Positions 1 through 10,667 of a stretch of 64,000 nt of DNA are shown here, piece after piece. Under the pieces are notes generated by a model, which worked only from the letters and a program-made list of their open reading frames with translations, searched no databases and had not been told where the DNA came from. The stretch lies in assembly GCA_001600815.1 (NCBI GenBank), contig BCKZ01000001.1:478613-542612 (forward strand), written 5' to 3'. The position numbers and the translations under genes are program-made. Origin of the DNA: Alloascoidea hylecoeti (taxonomy: Eukaryota). Every line of letters begins with the position of its first letter. Position 1 is the stretch's first letter.

Positions 1-997
1 GGTACCAATGTTAAAGGAACATGATTTAATAATCTAAATATTTGTTGTAGATTATTTGGTTCCTCGGCATCCAATAATGTTTGGAATTGATTTCTCAAAA
101 TATCAGTATGTCCTAAAATTAAAATATTATTCAAAACCATCTTTAATGGGGTTTCAAAATCACTAATTTCTGGATGCTGTTCAACTATTCTAGTTTCTGC
201 ATCTCTAATATAATCAACAACCGAATTACTTGATAAAAATAAACTAGACTCTTTTTCAAGATAAGAGGATGTAGTTTCTAATAAGCTATTCTCTAAATAT
301 TCCGAATATGCTATTAAATTTGTTTTTTTCGAGCCATTTTTACCTAGAAGCACAAATGAACTGATAGAACTAGAAACATCGGAGCCATTAATATATTCAC
401 CATCCTTTTGTTTCTCAATTTGTTGTAAAATTTCATCTACTAGAGTACCAAAATTTGGATGAAAGATGATACGTTTCCATTTAATTAAACATAAGGATTT
501 AACATCATGAATATTTTTATGACCCTCATCTCTTTCCTTTCGAACCCAATAAGAATTCAAATATGCAAACAAATGATTTAGACGATCTGTGCCAAGCATG
601 AAACGATTCCAAGAGCGGACATAAAATTGTAAGAAAGTTTCGGAAGGTAATTTTTTCAAAGAGGAAAGATATTGGACTAAATAATCAGACAATTTGTAGT
701 AAATACCCTCACCAATCAATGGTTCACCATGTGTCGACCTTTGGTTGGAAGTCGTTTGATTAGGTCCTTTAAACTGAATTTTGGTGCAATAATTATGAAT
801 TGCAGAATAGGCTCCAATGTACATTTCAGTGCTAATTATTTCCCCGTCTGAAATGTCATCGACTAGGGTATGGTTAATGATTGGGTTGAGATATTCCCAA
901 CTAGAAGGAGGTTTAGTGATCGTTGATTCTACAATAGTAGAAGAGGAACTTACACGGAATGGAGGTTTGTTAGACTCGGAGGGGTGATATAGGACAT
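1..997 (-). CDS. Cullin-1/Cdc53-family protein, N-terminal part (runs off the window start); exons 954-997 and <1-900, intron 901-953
   Basis: Hand translation gives MSYITPPSLTNLHSVWEYL...MYIGAYSAIHNYC...LIGEGIYYKLSDYL...FAYLNSYWVRKERDEGHKNIHDVKSLCLIKWK, matching cullin repeat 1 of Cul1. The intron runs GTAAGT...CACTAAA...TAG (53 nt) and splicing keeps the frame. Not in the ORF track. Confidence 0.85.
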
Positions 998-2844
998 GTT
1001 CTGGTGAAGATTTGGATACAAGGAGATAATGCTGAGGTGGTGCTGGTTTTTAAGAAAAATTAGGGTAACAGTAAATAGACAAATGGAAAATAATGTTTAT
1101 GTCATTCTTATTTTATTTTTATTTATTTGTGTTGAAGCTAGGTAGGTAAGTTATTCATGTATGGAGTATTATGGAGAGGTATGAATATATGATATGGACT
1201 CTTTCATGCAATAGCGTGCAGTCCCATGCACATATATAGTGCATAATTACCAAATTAGACCATCCAAATACCCTAATACGAGTTTCAAGCTTTGAATTCT
1301 TAACTACGTGAAAGTCATGGGCCCTTTCTGATACATGTATAAACTTATACATTATCAGTTTTTGCAATATAATTACTGCTTCAAAAAAATTGTATATGGC
1401 TATCAGAAGTTGAAGTATTTTGTCGAAATATATCTCAATTGATAATTTAACATTTTGCAATATTGAGCCATATGGATGATGCATTTTTTATATGTATATG
1501 CATATGAATATATAAATCTGCTATTTTTGGCGATTGACCATATCTATTAGGCTATAGCCCATAGATTTCAATTATCAAAAGATCTCTAGTCATACTTTTT
1601 AGATATAAATATCAGTCGCTTGGGTACCTCTTACAAATTTGTAGTACTTATCTCATTTTTAGGTTCGAATTCTTATTTCTTATTAGAGTACTCCCGAGAC
1701 TCTTGATTCTTCAATCTTTAAACAGTAATCGAAAATCATTATGGCTTGATTGATTATATATTTAGGACTATAGCTAGCTTTAATAGCTATAAGTTTATAT
1801 ATATGGTTACTATTGAATATCCTGTCTATTTGCTAAATAATTATGTAACTGAGGAATAATTGAAATTTAATTCAGCTCGTTGTAATTATATTCAAAATGT
1901 AGTAGCAAGTATGGGTACTCTAGTATTTGATGTAAGGCTTATATGGTAGAATAGAATTTTCTTAATCATACGTGTAAGCCTTATACTGTAATTAAAAGGG
2001 AAAAGTTTGAAAAAGCTTAGCAAAAAAGTTTTACATTTCAACAAATTGCAAAACGAGTAATATAAATTATTAAGAATGGAACGACCAACAACTACTTCAT
2101 CTCATAATTTGGGTAATACATATTTAATATTTTAATTTATGAATATCTTGTGGTGTGAGAATTCTTCTGGGGGTTGGAGTATTCTAAGCTTCCGACACGG
2201 AATTAAAGGGATAAATTCCAGTTGTTGCAAAGTCAATCGAATATTTTTAGGGGTTATAACCTCAGCGCTCGCCTTTTGATATATTGTAAAAATTTCTTTT
2301 AGTTGTGACATCTCCTTTTGAGAAAGCTAACACTTTTCAAGTTTTTGAAAACTCGGTGTGTTATGTTTTGTTAGACATAAAGGTGGCCGAATATAGGTCA
2401 ACAGATGGTCGATATTAATGCAAAACGCCGCATACAATACAACTTTAACGATACGCGCGATGTAAATGTAGTTTAGGTAACAGTTAACAGTTAGTCTACA
2501 TATTTACCAATTGGGTACTTATCTAACGAAGAGAAATGGCATATATTATATGTAATTATAATTGTATATCGTTATTTATATATAAATAATAGTTATAAAA
2601 AGTGACACAGATCGGACGGCATACGCATATGATAAATAAAGTTTCGAGAGAAATGAATGATTCTTAAATAAAACCGAAAGGTTAACTTCAACTATATATG
2701 CATTTTTTAAAAAAAAGAAATGAGAAAAAAAGCGAATGAAAACGATAGTAAACTGAGCATATGAAATTCTCAAATGCATGATATAAACAAAATTGAAATA
2801 TAAAAAACTGATAATTTGTTTTACAAGGGACCCAAAGAATTTAA

Positions 2845-4146
2845 TTAAACATTTGAACCAAACCAATAATTTGATTCATTTTTTGAATTTTTCCATGGTG
2901 TATCATTTAAATTTGATGATGGTGATGATGATGATGATGATGCATATAAATTTTTTGTTGCATCTAATGTTGGAACTAAAACAAACAACTTTTTATCATT
3001 TGTTAAGCTATTACCTAGAATAGTTTTAACAATTGATGATTGTCGTTGTCTAATTGCTGTTTTTGATAAGCTTGATGATATAGATGATGAACCATTATCA
3101 TTTGCCGAAAAATTAGAATAGAAACTAATCGTATGTGAATGAGGACGTGTTGGTGATTGTAATGGTGATTCATTCGGTAATGAGGTGGTATGTTTATGAG
3201 AGTTTGAAGGTACATTTATGGTTAAACTATTTAAACTAACTGATGATGAATCAGCAGATGAAGGAGGAGATATAGAAGAACGATCAGTACTATTACTAGT
3301 GAATGAGTACCGAGAGTCTAGTTTTGTTATATTGTTTATGTTGGAATCCGAATTTGAAGTTAGTAAAGGAGGTAATGATAAATCTTTTGGAGATAAAGAA
3401 CCTTCAACAACAATGTTATTAGGATTAAAATCTGACGATGCTATGAATGAGGCAGGTTCAGCTAATGCGTTTATATTCCATGGTTCATTTACATGAATTC
3501 TTGAAGCTATTGTAAGTGAAGCTTGTTTGAATTCAGCGAACAAGGGCTTATTGACTAAAGAACCAGATGTCGCATTACAGCCAGCACCATGAGTTACTAT
3601 AACAACATTCAAGTTGGGTGAGGGGGAATGTGACATGTAGTATGCATCTAATTGGGACCAACCATTCGCGAACCTCCTTTGCGCATCTGACCAAGATTCA
3701 TTGAAAAGACCAGCACTTCCAAGAAGCTGGGGATTCCAGGAAACATCAATAGTAATATTTTTGTGACTCTGTTTTCGTAGCCATAGGAGGGAGGACAGAA
3801 CCAAAGAGGCGGAACTATCGTTAGGGGGGATGGAGTAGTTGAAATAGTCAGGGCAAAGCCATTCGCTAAATACGGCGTCCAGCCTGATTATCACAGGGGT
3901 TTTAGTTCTTAAATGAGAAGCCATATGGAAAGCAGTCTGTACGCATCGTAAAAAGGGGGAGGAGTGTATGATGACAGCCTCATCAGATTTAAGGACTCTG
4001 TTTAGAGCATTTCCGGACCTTTCAGCCTGGCGAGCACCGTAGTCAGATAGGGGAGGATCGTAAGGAACAGGAGCAGAGTCCGCCCATTGGGGGTCTACTT
4101 TGTCCAGTCGCTGTCCATGCCGCACTATAACAGCCTTTGTCGACAT
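2845..4146 (-). CDS. Histidine phosphatase (phosphoglycerate-mutase superfamily) with Ser-rich C-terminal tail
   Basis: RHGQRLD, DPPLS, HSSPFLRCVQTA and VTHG motifs. The likely start is the ATG at 4146 (MSTKAVIVRHG); the ORF track starts at 4227. Confidence 0.85.
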   Translation of the reverse strand: MSTKAVIVRHGQRLDKVDPQWADSAPVPYDPPLSDYGARQAERSGNALNRVLKSDEAVIIHSSPFLRCVQTAFHMASHLRTKTPVIIRLDAVFSEWLCPDYFNYSIPPNDSSASLVLSSLLWLRKQSHKNITIDVSWNPQLLGSAGLFNESWSDAQRRFANGWSQLDAYYMSHSPSPNLNVVIVTHGAGCNATSGSLVNKPLFAEFKQASLTIASRIHVNEPWNINALAEPASFIASSDFNPNNIVVEGSLSPKDLSLPPLLTSNSDSNINNITKLDSRYSFTSNSTDRSSISPPSSADSSSVSLNSLTINVPSNSHKHTTSLPNESPLQSPTRPHSHTISFYSNFSANDNGSSSISSSLSKTAIRQRQSSIVKTILGNSLTNDKKLFVLVPTLDATKNLYASSSSSSPSSNLNDTPWKNSKNESNYWFGSNV

Positions 4147-4246
4147 TTTATATACAGATGGAAAACAGGAGATGGCGTACAATATATATATTAATAGTAC
4201 AATGAAAGATAGGCATGTGAAACCCATTAATGACTGCTAGTGGCTG

Positions 4247-4538
4247 CACGTGTGCAGAACTGCTGTATTGGGGCATCGTATGTTAAACTCTAATCTTGAG
4301 CCCTAAACCCTAATATTTCATACTACAACTACAAGTAACATCCATTAATTACTACATCATATATTAGTAATCCGTGTAGCCACTATCCCCCCTGCCTTCA
4401 TTATTCCCTTAATATTGGTATATTCCCCCCTTTCATTAGCATCTTCCATTATTCCATTCCATCGGTATTTTCTTGTAATCAAACAAACAAATTATATATT
4501 TGCATAATTATTGGGCGTCCGTCCGTTGGTTGCACGTG
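4247..4538. promoter_or_regulatory. Divergent promoter with two CACGTG E-boxes (4247-4252, 4533-4538) and tandem CCCTAA/TTAGGG sites (4301-4313)
   Basis: Motif matches for Cbf1-type bHLH factors and Tbf1. Function is inferred only. Confidence 0.35.
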
Positions 4539-4614
4539 CTCCGCGTAACACAATTGAGCCCTTTCTTTACATTATTAGTGTATCATTATTGTATAATTAT
4601 TGACTCGTTTATAA

Positions 4615-6322
4615 ATGGATGAAAGACAAAATAGCTTGGATGGAGAAAGTTTGCAACGAAGTGTGACGTTATCGGATTATACGGAAACCATCCCATTAAC
4701 GCCGCTAATAAATCCAAGTATTCTCGTTCATAATGCTGAAAGTAGTACCAGTACTAAAGGTAAAGAACCTCTCAAAAGATCAGATTCATATTCGTCCGTT
4801 GCAACGAAAAACAACTTACAAGATAAAGGTAAAGATATTCTGCTACCTATTAAGATCACTCCTCCATCTGAAGAAACCTTTACTGAACCAAATAATCTTG
4901 CTACTAGTTCGAACGATAAATTCTTATCGAAATTTAAACAGCACAATTCAACTCCTCATTTGCCAAAAGTTTTATTATCATCAAATACTAATAGTAATGG
5001 TCAACTACATAATTCAGAATCTGTATCAACTATGAATACTACAATATCACATAAATTAAAAGCAAAATCAGCCACAAGTTTGAGAAATTTAAAAGATTGG
5101 ATATATCTTGATACAAGTAAATCTTCTCAAATAAGTACTAATAATCCAAGTCCTACTAATCCAGGTCTTGCAACTTCGACTCAAAGTCAATATAGTATAA
5201 ATAGTGCTCAAGGTAGTAATAGCACTCAAAACCATCATTTACAGGCTAATGGAATAACAGAATCAATACCTGAAGAATTTATTGAATCAAAAATACAAAT
5301 AAAAGGTAGAAAAGAAAGAAAAATTAGAAATTATAAAAAAATCCCAGGTAGAATAGTTTATTTATTTGGTGGTAGATTAATAACTGCTCATGCAAAACCA
5401 TTAGTAATATTCACTTTTTTATTATTATTAGTACCTGGTGGATTATTTTTTGGGTTTGAAGCACCATGGCTTTGGCATCATGTTTCTCCAGGTGTTGTTA
5501 TTACATTTGCTTATGTTTTTTCAATGGCTGTATCATCTCTTTTTAAAGCTGCAATATCTGATCCTGGTGTATTACCTAGAAATATTCATTTATTAGATGA
5601 TGGTCTTGTTGAAGAATATACAAATGCAATTTCATTACCAAGTAAGGGAATTGATACAAGGTATCCTATACCTCAAAAAAATAACGTTATTATTAAATAT
5701 TGTTCAACTTGCAGAATATGGAGACCTCCAAGGTGTAGTCATTGCAATATTTGTGATTGTTGTGTGGATTATCATGATCATCATTGTATATGGTTAAACA
5801 ATTGTGTTGGAGCACGTAATTACAGGTATGTTTTCAATAATTTTTCTAATTTTAAGGTAAGCTAGGGTTACTAACTGAATGTTAATTTATAGATATTTTT
5901 TCACATTCTTATTATCTGTTGTAATAACATGCATCTATTTAATAGTTTTATCATTTTATCATGTTTTCGAATATCATAAAACCACAAAAGATATATCATT
6001 TGCAAAAAGTTTACGACATACTCCAGTTTCATTTTTCTTAGCAATATATGCAATAATTGCAGGACTTTATCCATTAGCATTATTAATATATCATTTATTC
6101 TTAAATTTTATGGGGCAAACAGCTCATGAATGGTTAAGATCATCAAGATCACAATCACAAACGAAACAAGTTAATTATAGACCTTTTGATGAAGGGAAAT
6201 TATGGAAGAATTATATAAAAGGTTTATGTAGACCAAAAGGGGTTAATTTTTTACAACCAAGACAATATTATATTGAAGGTGATAGAAGATTTGAAAATTT
6301 TGAAAAAGATCCAACTGATTAA
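4615..6322 (+). CDS. ERF2: DHHC palmitoyltransferase Erf2; exons 4615-5825 and 5893-6322, intron 5826-5892
   Basis: [17 protein letters not shown]...[28 protein letters not shown] and four TM segments. The intron GTATGT...TACTAAC...TAG joins the two ORFs as NYR/YFF. Confidence 0.92.
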
Positions 6323-6754
6323 GAAATACAAGAAGTAATTCCAATTGGGATAATAAGACATTTCATCCATTCACTGTCTAATATCCGGTATAATATAAGA
6401 TAACGTTAGTATTAGTATTCTTTTCAAATTGTGTTATTGTATTAGTTTTATCGTTTTGTTATTATCATTTGTCTTCGAACATTTATCAATTTTGACCGAG
6501 TAATTATAATATTTGAGTATTATAATCACATTGAAAGCCAAGAATATATTTATATATAAAAGATTACAAACTTAGGCTTGATGTCAACGTTTGCAATTTG
6601 CAATTAGTTATTTTAAACATTTAAATCTAGAAATATATATATTCAAATATAAACCTTTAAACACGTAATTAAAATATCAACAATAAAGTCATCTATGTAT
6701 TTCGATATATAAATACTCCTCAAATAAATATCATTATTTATTCATTTACTTAAT

Positions 6755-8708
6755 TTAATGACCATGCTCATCTTTCTTTTCAGGTTCAGGATCAACAGTA
6801 ATCATAGTATCAATTCTTAAGATAGAAATGCAAGCTTCCAAAGCACTTTTTAAAGATTTAATCTTACTGATTGTTGGTTCTAAAACGCCAGTAGACACAG
6901 AATCAGTAATTTTACCATTAATAAGATCTAAACCATAATTTCTAAAATTACGTCTTTTAGTTTCAGTTGGTAAAGCATTTTGACTTGCAGCATGATATGA
7001 TCTTAATTTTGCAACTAATTCAGAAGAATCTTTACCAGCATTAACTGCTAAAGTTTTTGGAATTGTTAATAAGGCAGCAGCAAATTCAGCAATTGCCAAT
7101 TGTTCTCTTGAACCAACAGTTGTTGCAAAATTTTCCAAGTAAATATTAAGAGCAGTTTCAACTGCTCCACCACCAGGTACAACATGTCCACTTTCTAAAG
7201 TTCTTTTAACAACACTTAAAGAATCATGAATTGATCTTTCCATTTCATCTAAAGCATAATCATTTGGACCTCTTAAAATAATTGAACTTGATGAATGAAC
7301 TTTAGTACCTTTTATTAAAATACATTCATCATCGGAGTATTTAGTTTGAATAACCTCTTCAGCTAAACCAAGAGAACTTGCTTCAAAAACTTCATCACCT
7401 TCTAAATTTGACATTGAAGAGATTAATTGACCACCAGTGGCACGGGCAATTCTTCTTAAATCTTCTTTTTTACAACGTCTGACACCCATAACACCAGCTT
7501 CAACAAGTACTTTTAAACATAAATCATCAATACCCTTTGTTGTTAGGATAACATTTGCACCAGCACCTATGAGTAGTTTGACTCTGTCTAAAACTATACC
7601 AAATTCTCTTTTTCTAATTGCTTCTAATTGATCAGGATCATCAATATTAATTTGAACACCCAATGCCATTTTTGCCTTTTGTAAATTAATATCTAAAAAT
7701 GCAATTTTTGCATTTACAATACGTTTCTTCATTGCTTGACTTGCAACAGTACAGTTTAAAGCATAACCTAGTACCAAAACTGAATCATTTGATGATTTAC
7801 CATGAGCTTTTAAAATATTAACTGCTTTAATTGGGTATTTTATATCACCTTTTGAATTTATTGTTTTCACTGCTTTAATTGCATCAACAACCATTTTTGA
7901 AAAAAAATCAGAACTTGAACCAATGATTTTACTTGACATACTTGTTTTTGCAATGTTAATTAATGTTTGTTTCCCAATACTATCAATTGGAGAACTCATT
8001 ACTTCATTAATATATTTGGTTGCTTCTTTTAAAGCTAAACGATAACCAGTAATAATTGTAGTTGGATGTATCTTATTTTTAACTAATTCATTTGCTAGTC
8101 TTAATAATTCAGCAGCAATGATTACAACTGATGTTGTACCATCTCCAACTTCACGATCTTGTTGTTGAGCTAATTCAACAAGAATTTTACCTGCAGGATG
8201 TTCAACATCTAAAAGACTTAAAATTGTTGCGCCATCGTTTGTAACAGTAACATCACCGATATCATCAACTAACATCTTATCAAGACCAACGGGCCCCAAA
8301 GAAGATTTCACTATATTTGCAACGGCCTGAGCAGCAAGGACTATTTTTTAATTGTTTGTTAAACATCTTGTATTTATATTCAAACTTCGATATCAGATTC
8401 AGATTTGTCAATTCTTACCATTTTGATTTCGGATATCTTCCCCACTCAATTTTTGACCACCCAAAACTAAATAAATCAAAGAATTATTAGCAAACAATTT
8501 CAATTTAAGGATAATCTAAGATAATAAAGGGAATTTTGTTTAATTTGGATCTTTACCCACGTGTCGTGTACGTGATTCCATTTTAAATATTTTATTTCCG
8601 TTATGCCTCCTCTATAATTCCCATTTAATTCCCTTTATTTTTTTTAGTTAACAGTATGAATATCTTACATAGAGTGTCTGAACGAGCAGCTGTGAAAAGT
8701 TGTGACAT
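6755..8708 (-). CDS. TCP1: Chaperonin CCT alpha subunit; exons 8669-8708, 8419-8466 and 6755-8340; introns 8467-8668 and 8341-8418
   Basis: The spliced N-terminus [48 protein letters not shown] is typical of Tcp1. GDGTTS motif present; both introns have GTAAGA donors and TAG acceptors. Confidence 0.96.
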
Positions 8709-9143
8709 TTTCGAATACAATAGAAGGGATCAAATTTCAAAGAAGTTTTGTTGATACAACCCTCTTCCAGCGTACATCTCAGCACAAGTGGCTGTCCGGG
8801 TAAATACAGACTAAAAGAAAAAATTGTTTTCAGCACAAAAGCAAGTTATTATATAAAATTATAAATTATAAAATGATAAAGAAAAGAAAATAAAAACTAA
8901 ATATTAAATAAAAATTTAAATAAAATTAAATGAATTTATTATCCTTAGATTTATTAATATTATCAATTCATCGATTAAAATAAAAAAAAAGTTTCAAAAA
9001 TATAATAGTAATAGTAGCATCAAGCCATTCATTCCATTAATATTAATATTGTTTCTAACTGTAAATAAGCTTAAGTATCATATAATTTAATATTAATGTC
9101 TTTAAACCCTCCCAAGCAAAATTGAAAAAACCGCAAAAAACAT

Positions 9144-9847
9144 TTATAGAATAACACATTTCTTACTTTTCTTGATTACAGGTGGTTCTAAAGCAGCAAC
9201 TATAGCCTCATCAAAAACGTTCTTTAATCCTTTCTGTGTGAGGGCGGAACATTCGACATACTTAACGGCACCTAATTCACGAGCTAATCGATCGCCTGCG
9301 TCAGAATTTATTGGCCTCTGTCTTTGTCTTGCCAATTTTTCTTGTTGTGAAGGATCATCTCTTAAATCAACTTGTGTTCCAACAATTAGACAAGGTACGC
9401 CTGGGCAATGGTGATGAACTTCTGGAAACCATTTTTCCTTAACATTCTCAAAACTTGGTGGGGAAACAACACTAAAACAAACAAGGAATACATCTGTTTG
9501 TGGATAACTCAATGGTCGAAGACGATCATAATCTTCTTGTCCGGCGGTATCAAATAGACCTAGAGTGTAAGGTTCATCTCCGATCCTGAGATCAGTTAGC
9601 AACTGGGTCTTGATTTATTAAAACAAATTAAAATACTTACATAATTGTAACAGCATAGTTGTCAAAAACAGTAGGGACATAATCCGAAGGAAACTTATTT
9701 GTAGTGTATGAAATCAAGAGACAAGTCTATAGTAAACCATTAGTCAGTAAAAAAGCGTACTAATAAAGAGATAGGGCCAGCAACGTAGATAGAACATACT
9801 TTACCAACGGCACCATCACCAACGACGACACATTTTATAGTTTGCAT
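9144..9847 (-). CDS. CDC42: Rho-family GTPase Cdc42; exons 9800-9847, 9641-9726 and 9144-9585; introns 9727-9799 and 9586-9640
   Basis: [64 protein letters not shown]...[13 protein letters not shown] end. Canonical splice sites keep the frame. Confidence 0.98.
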
Positions 9848-9939
9848 TTTAAGAGCTATTTAAAAAGGGTTGAAGAATCAATTTCGAAGTAAAAAAATAA
9901 TAGATTATAGGTTGGATTGAGAAGGTAAAAAATAGTAAT

Positions 9940-10497
9940 CTATAGCCAGGAGATAAAAATGTTAGTATGCGGCGTGATTAAGACAACAACACAAGAAAGG
10001 AGCGCCCACGCCATCAACCAAATCCGACGAACACGCAAAACGAATGCTCAAAACAAATGCCCACAGATACTCAAAACATCATAATTCTCTGAAGTATCCA
10101 TTATGAATCATATTAATCGTGAAAAATAATTAATAAGACAAGAAATTGTAAAATAAAAAGGGACAGGGAAGAGGCGGGAAATCAACAAGTGAACCAATTG
10201 TGAGGAGAGACAACTCTACAACGTCCAATGACTACCTGTAGGATATGTGATAAACATGATCATAGTAAATGATGGTAGGAAAAGAAAAGGAAAAGTAAGA
10301 AGAATGGGGGAAAGAGGTGTAGATTCGCCTATATGAGCATGTGTCTTTCCCAAAAATAATTTGTATTCAGATTTGGGATCACAACTTTTCCGAAGCATTT
10401 GTATTTGAAGATCCGATTTGGAATGAATATCATGGAGATGATTAGATAAACAGGCAGGCCAGGCAGCAGACTGACAAAAGAGGAAGAAAAGACATAC
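9940..10497 (-). other. Probable 5'-UTR intron of CDC42 (558 nt)
   Basis: On the minus strand: GTATGT donor at 10497, a perfect TACTAAC at 9967-9961, a pyrimidine tract, and the first AG at 9941-9940, 92 nt before the ATG. Confidence 0.65.
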
Positions 10498-10667
10498 CAA
10501 GCAACAGCTATCGACTTGAAGTAAAATATAAAAAAAGAAGAGGTGTGTGTGAAGAGATGTTTATAATTATGTTACCACCTTTAGCCTGACATCATACTCA
10601 TATCACATGTACGAATAAACAATATACTATTCACGCCAATATACTATACTAATTTCTTCAGTGATTG

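Noticed and set aside
1660..1678. GGTTCGAATTC, resembling a tRNA T-loop or B-box
   Set aside because: The T-stem pairs poorly and no acceptor stem, D-arm or anticodon arm can be built.
1155..2866. Short ORFs 1155-1484 and 2576-2866
   Set aside because: Hydrophobic, low-complexity translations typical of AT-rich intergenic DNA, with no recognisable motif.
10360..10435. Possible C/D snoRNA in the CDC42 UTR intron (ATGATAT...CTGA, minus strand)
   Set aside because: Box C is a poor match, there is no terminal stem, and I recognise no rRNA guide.
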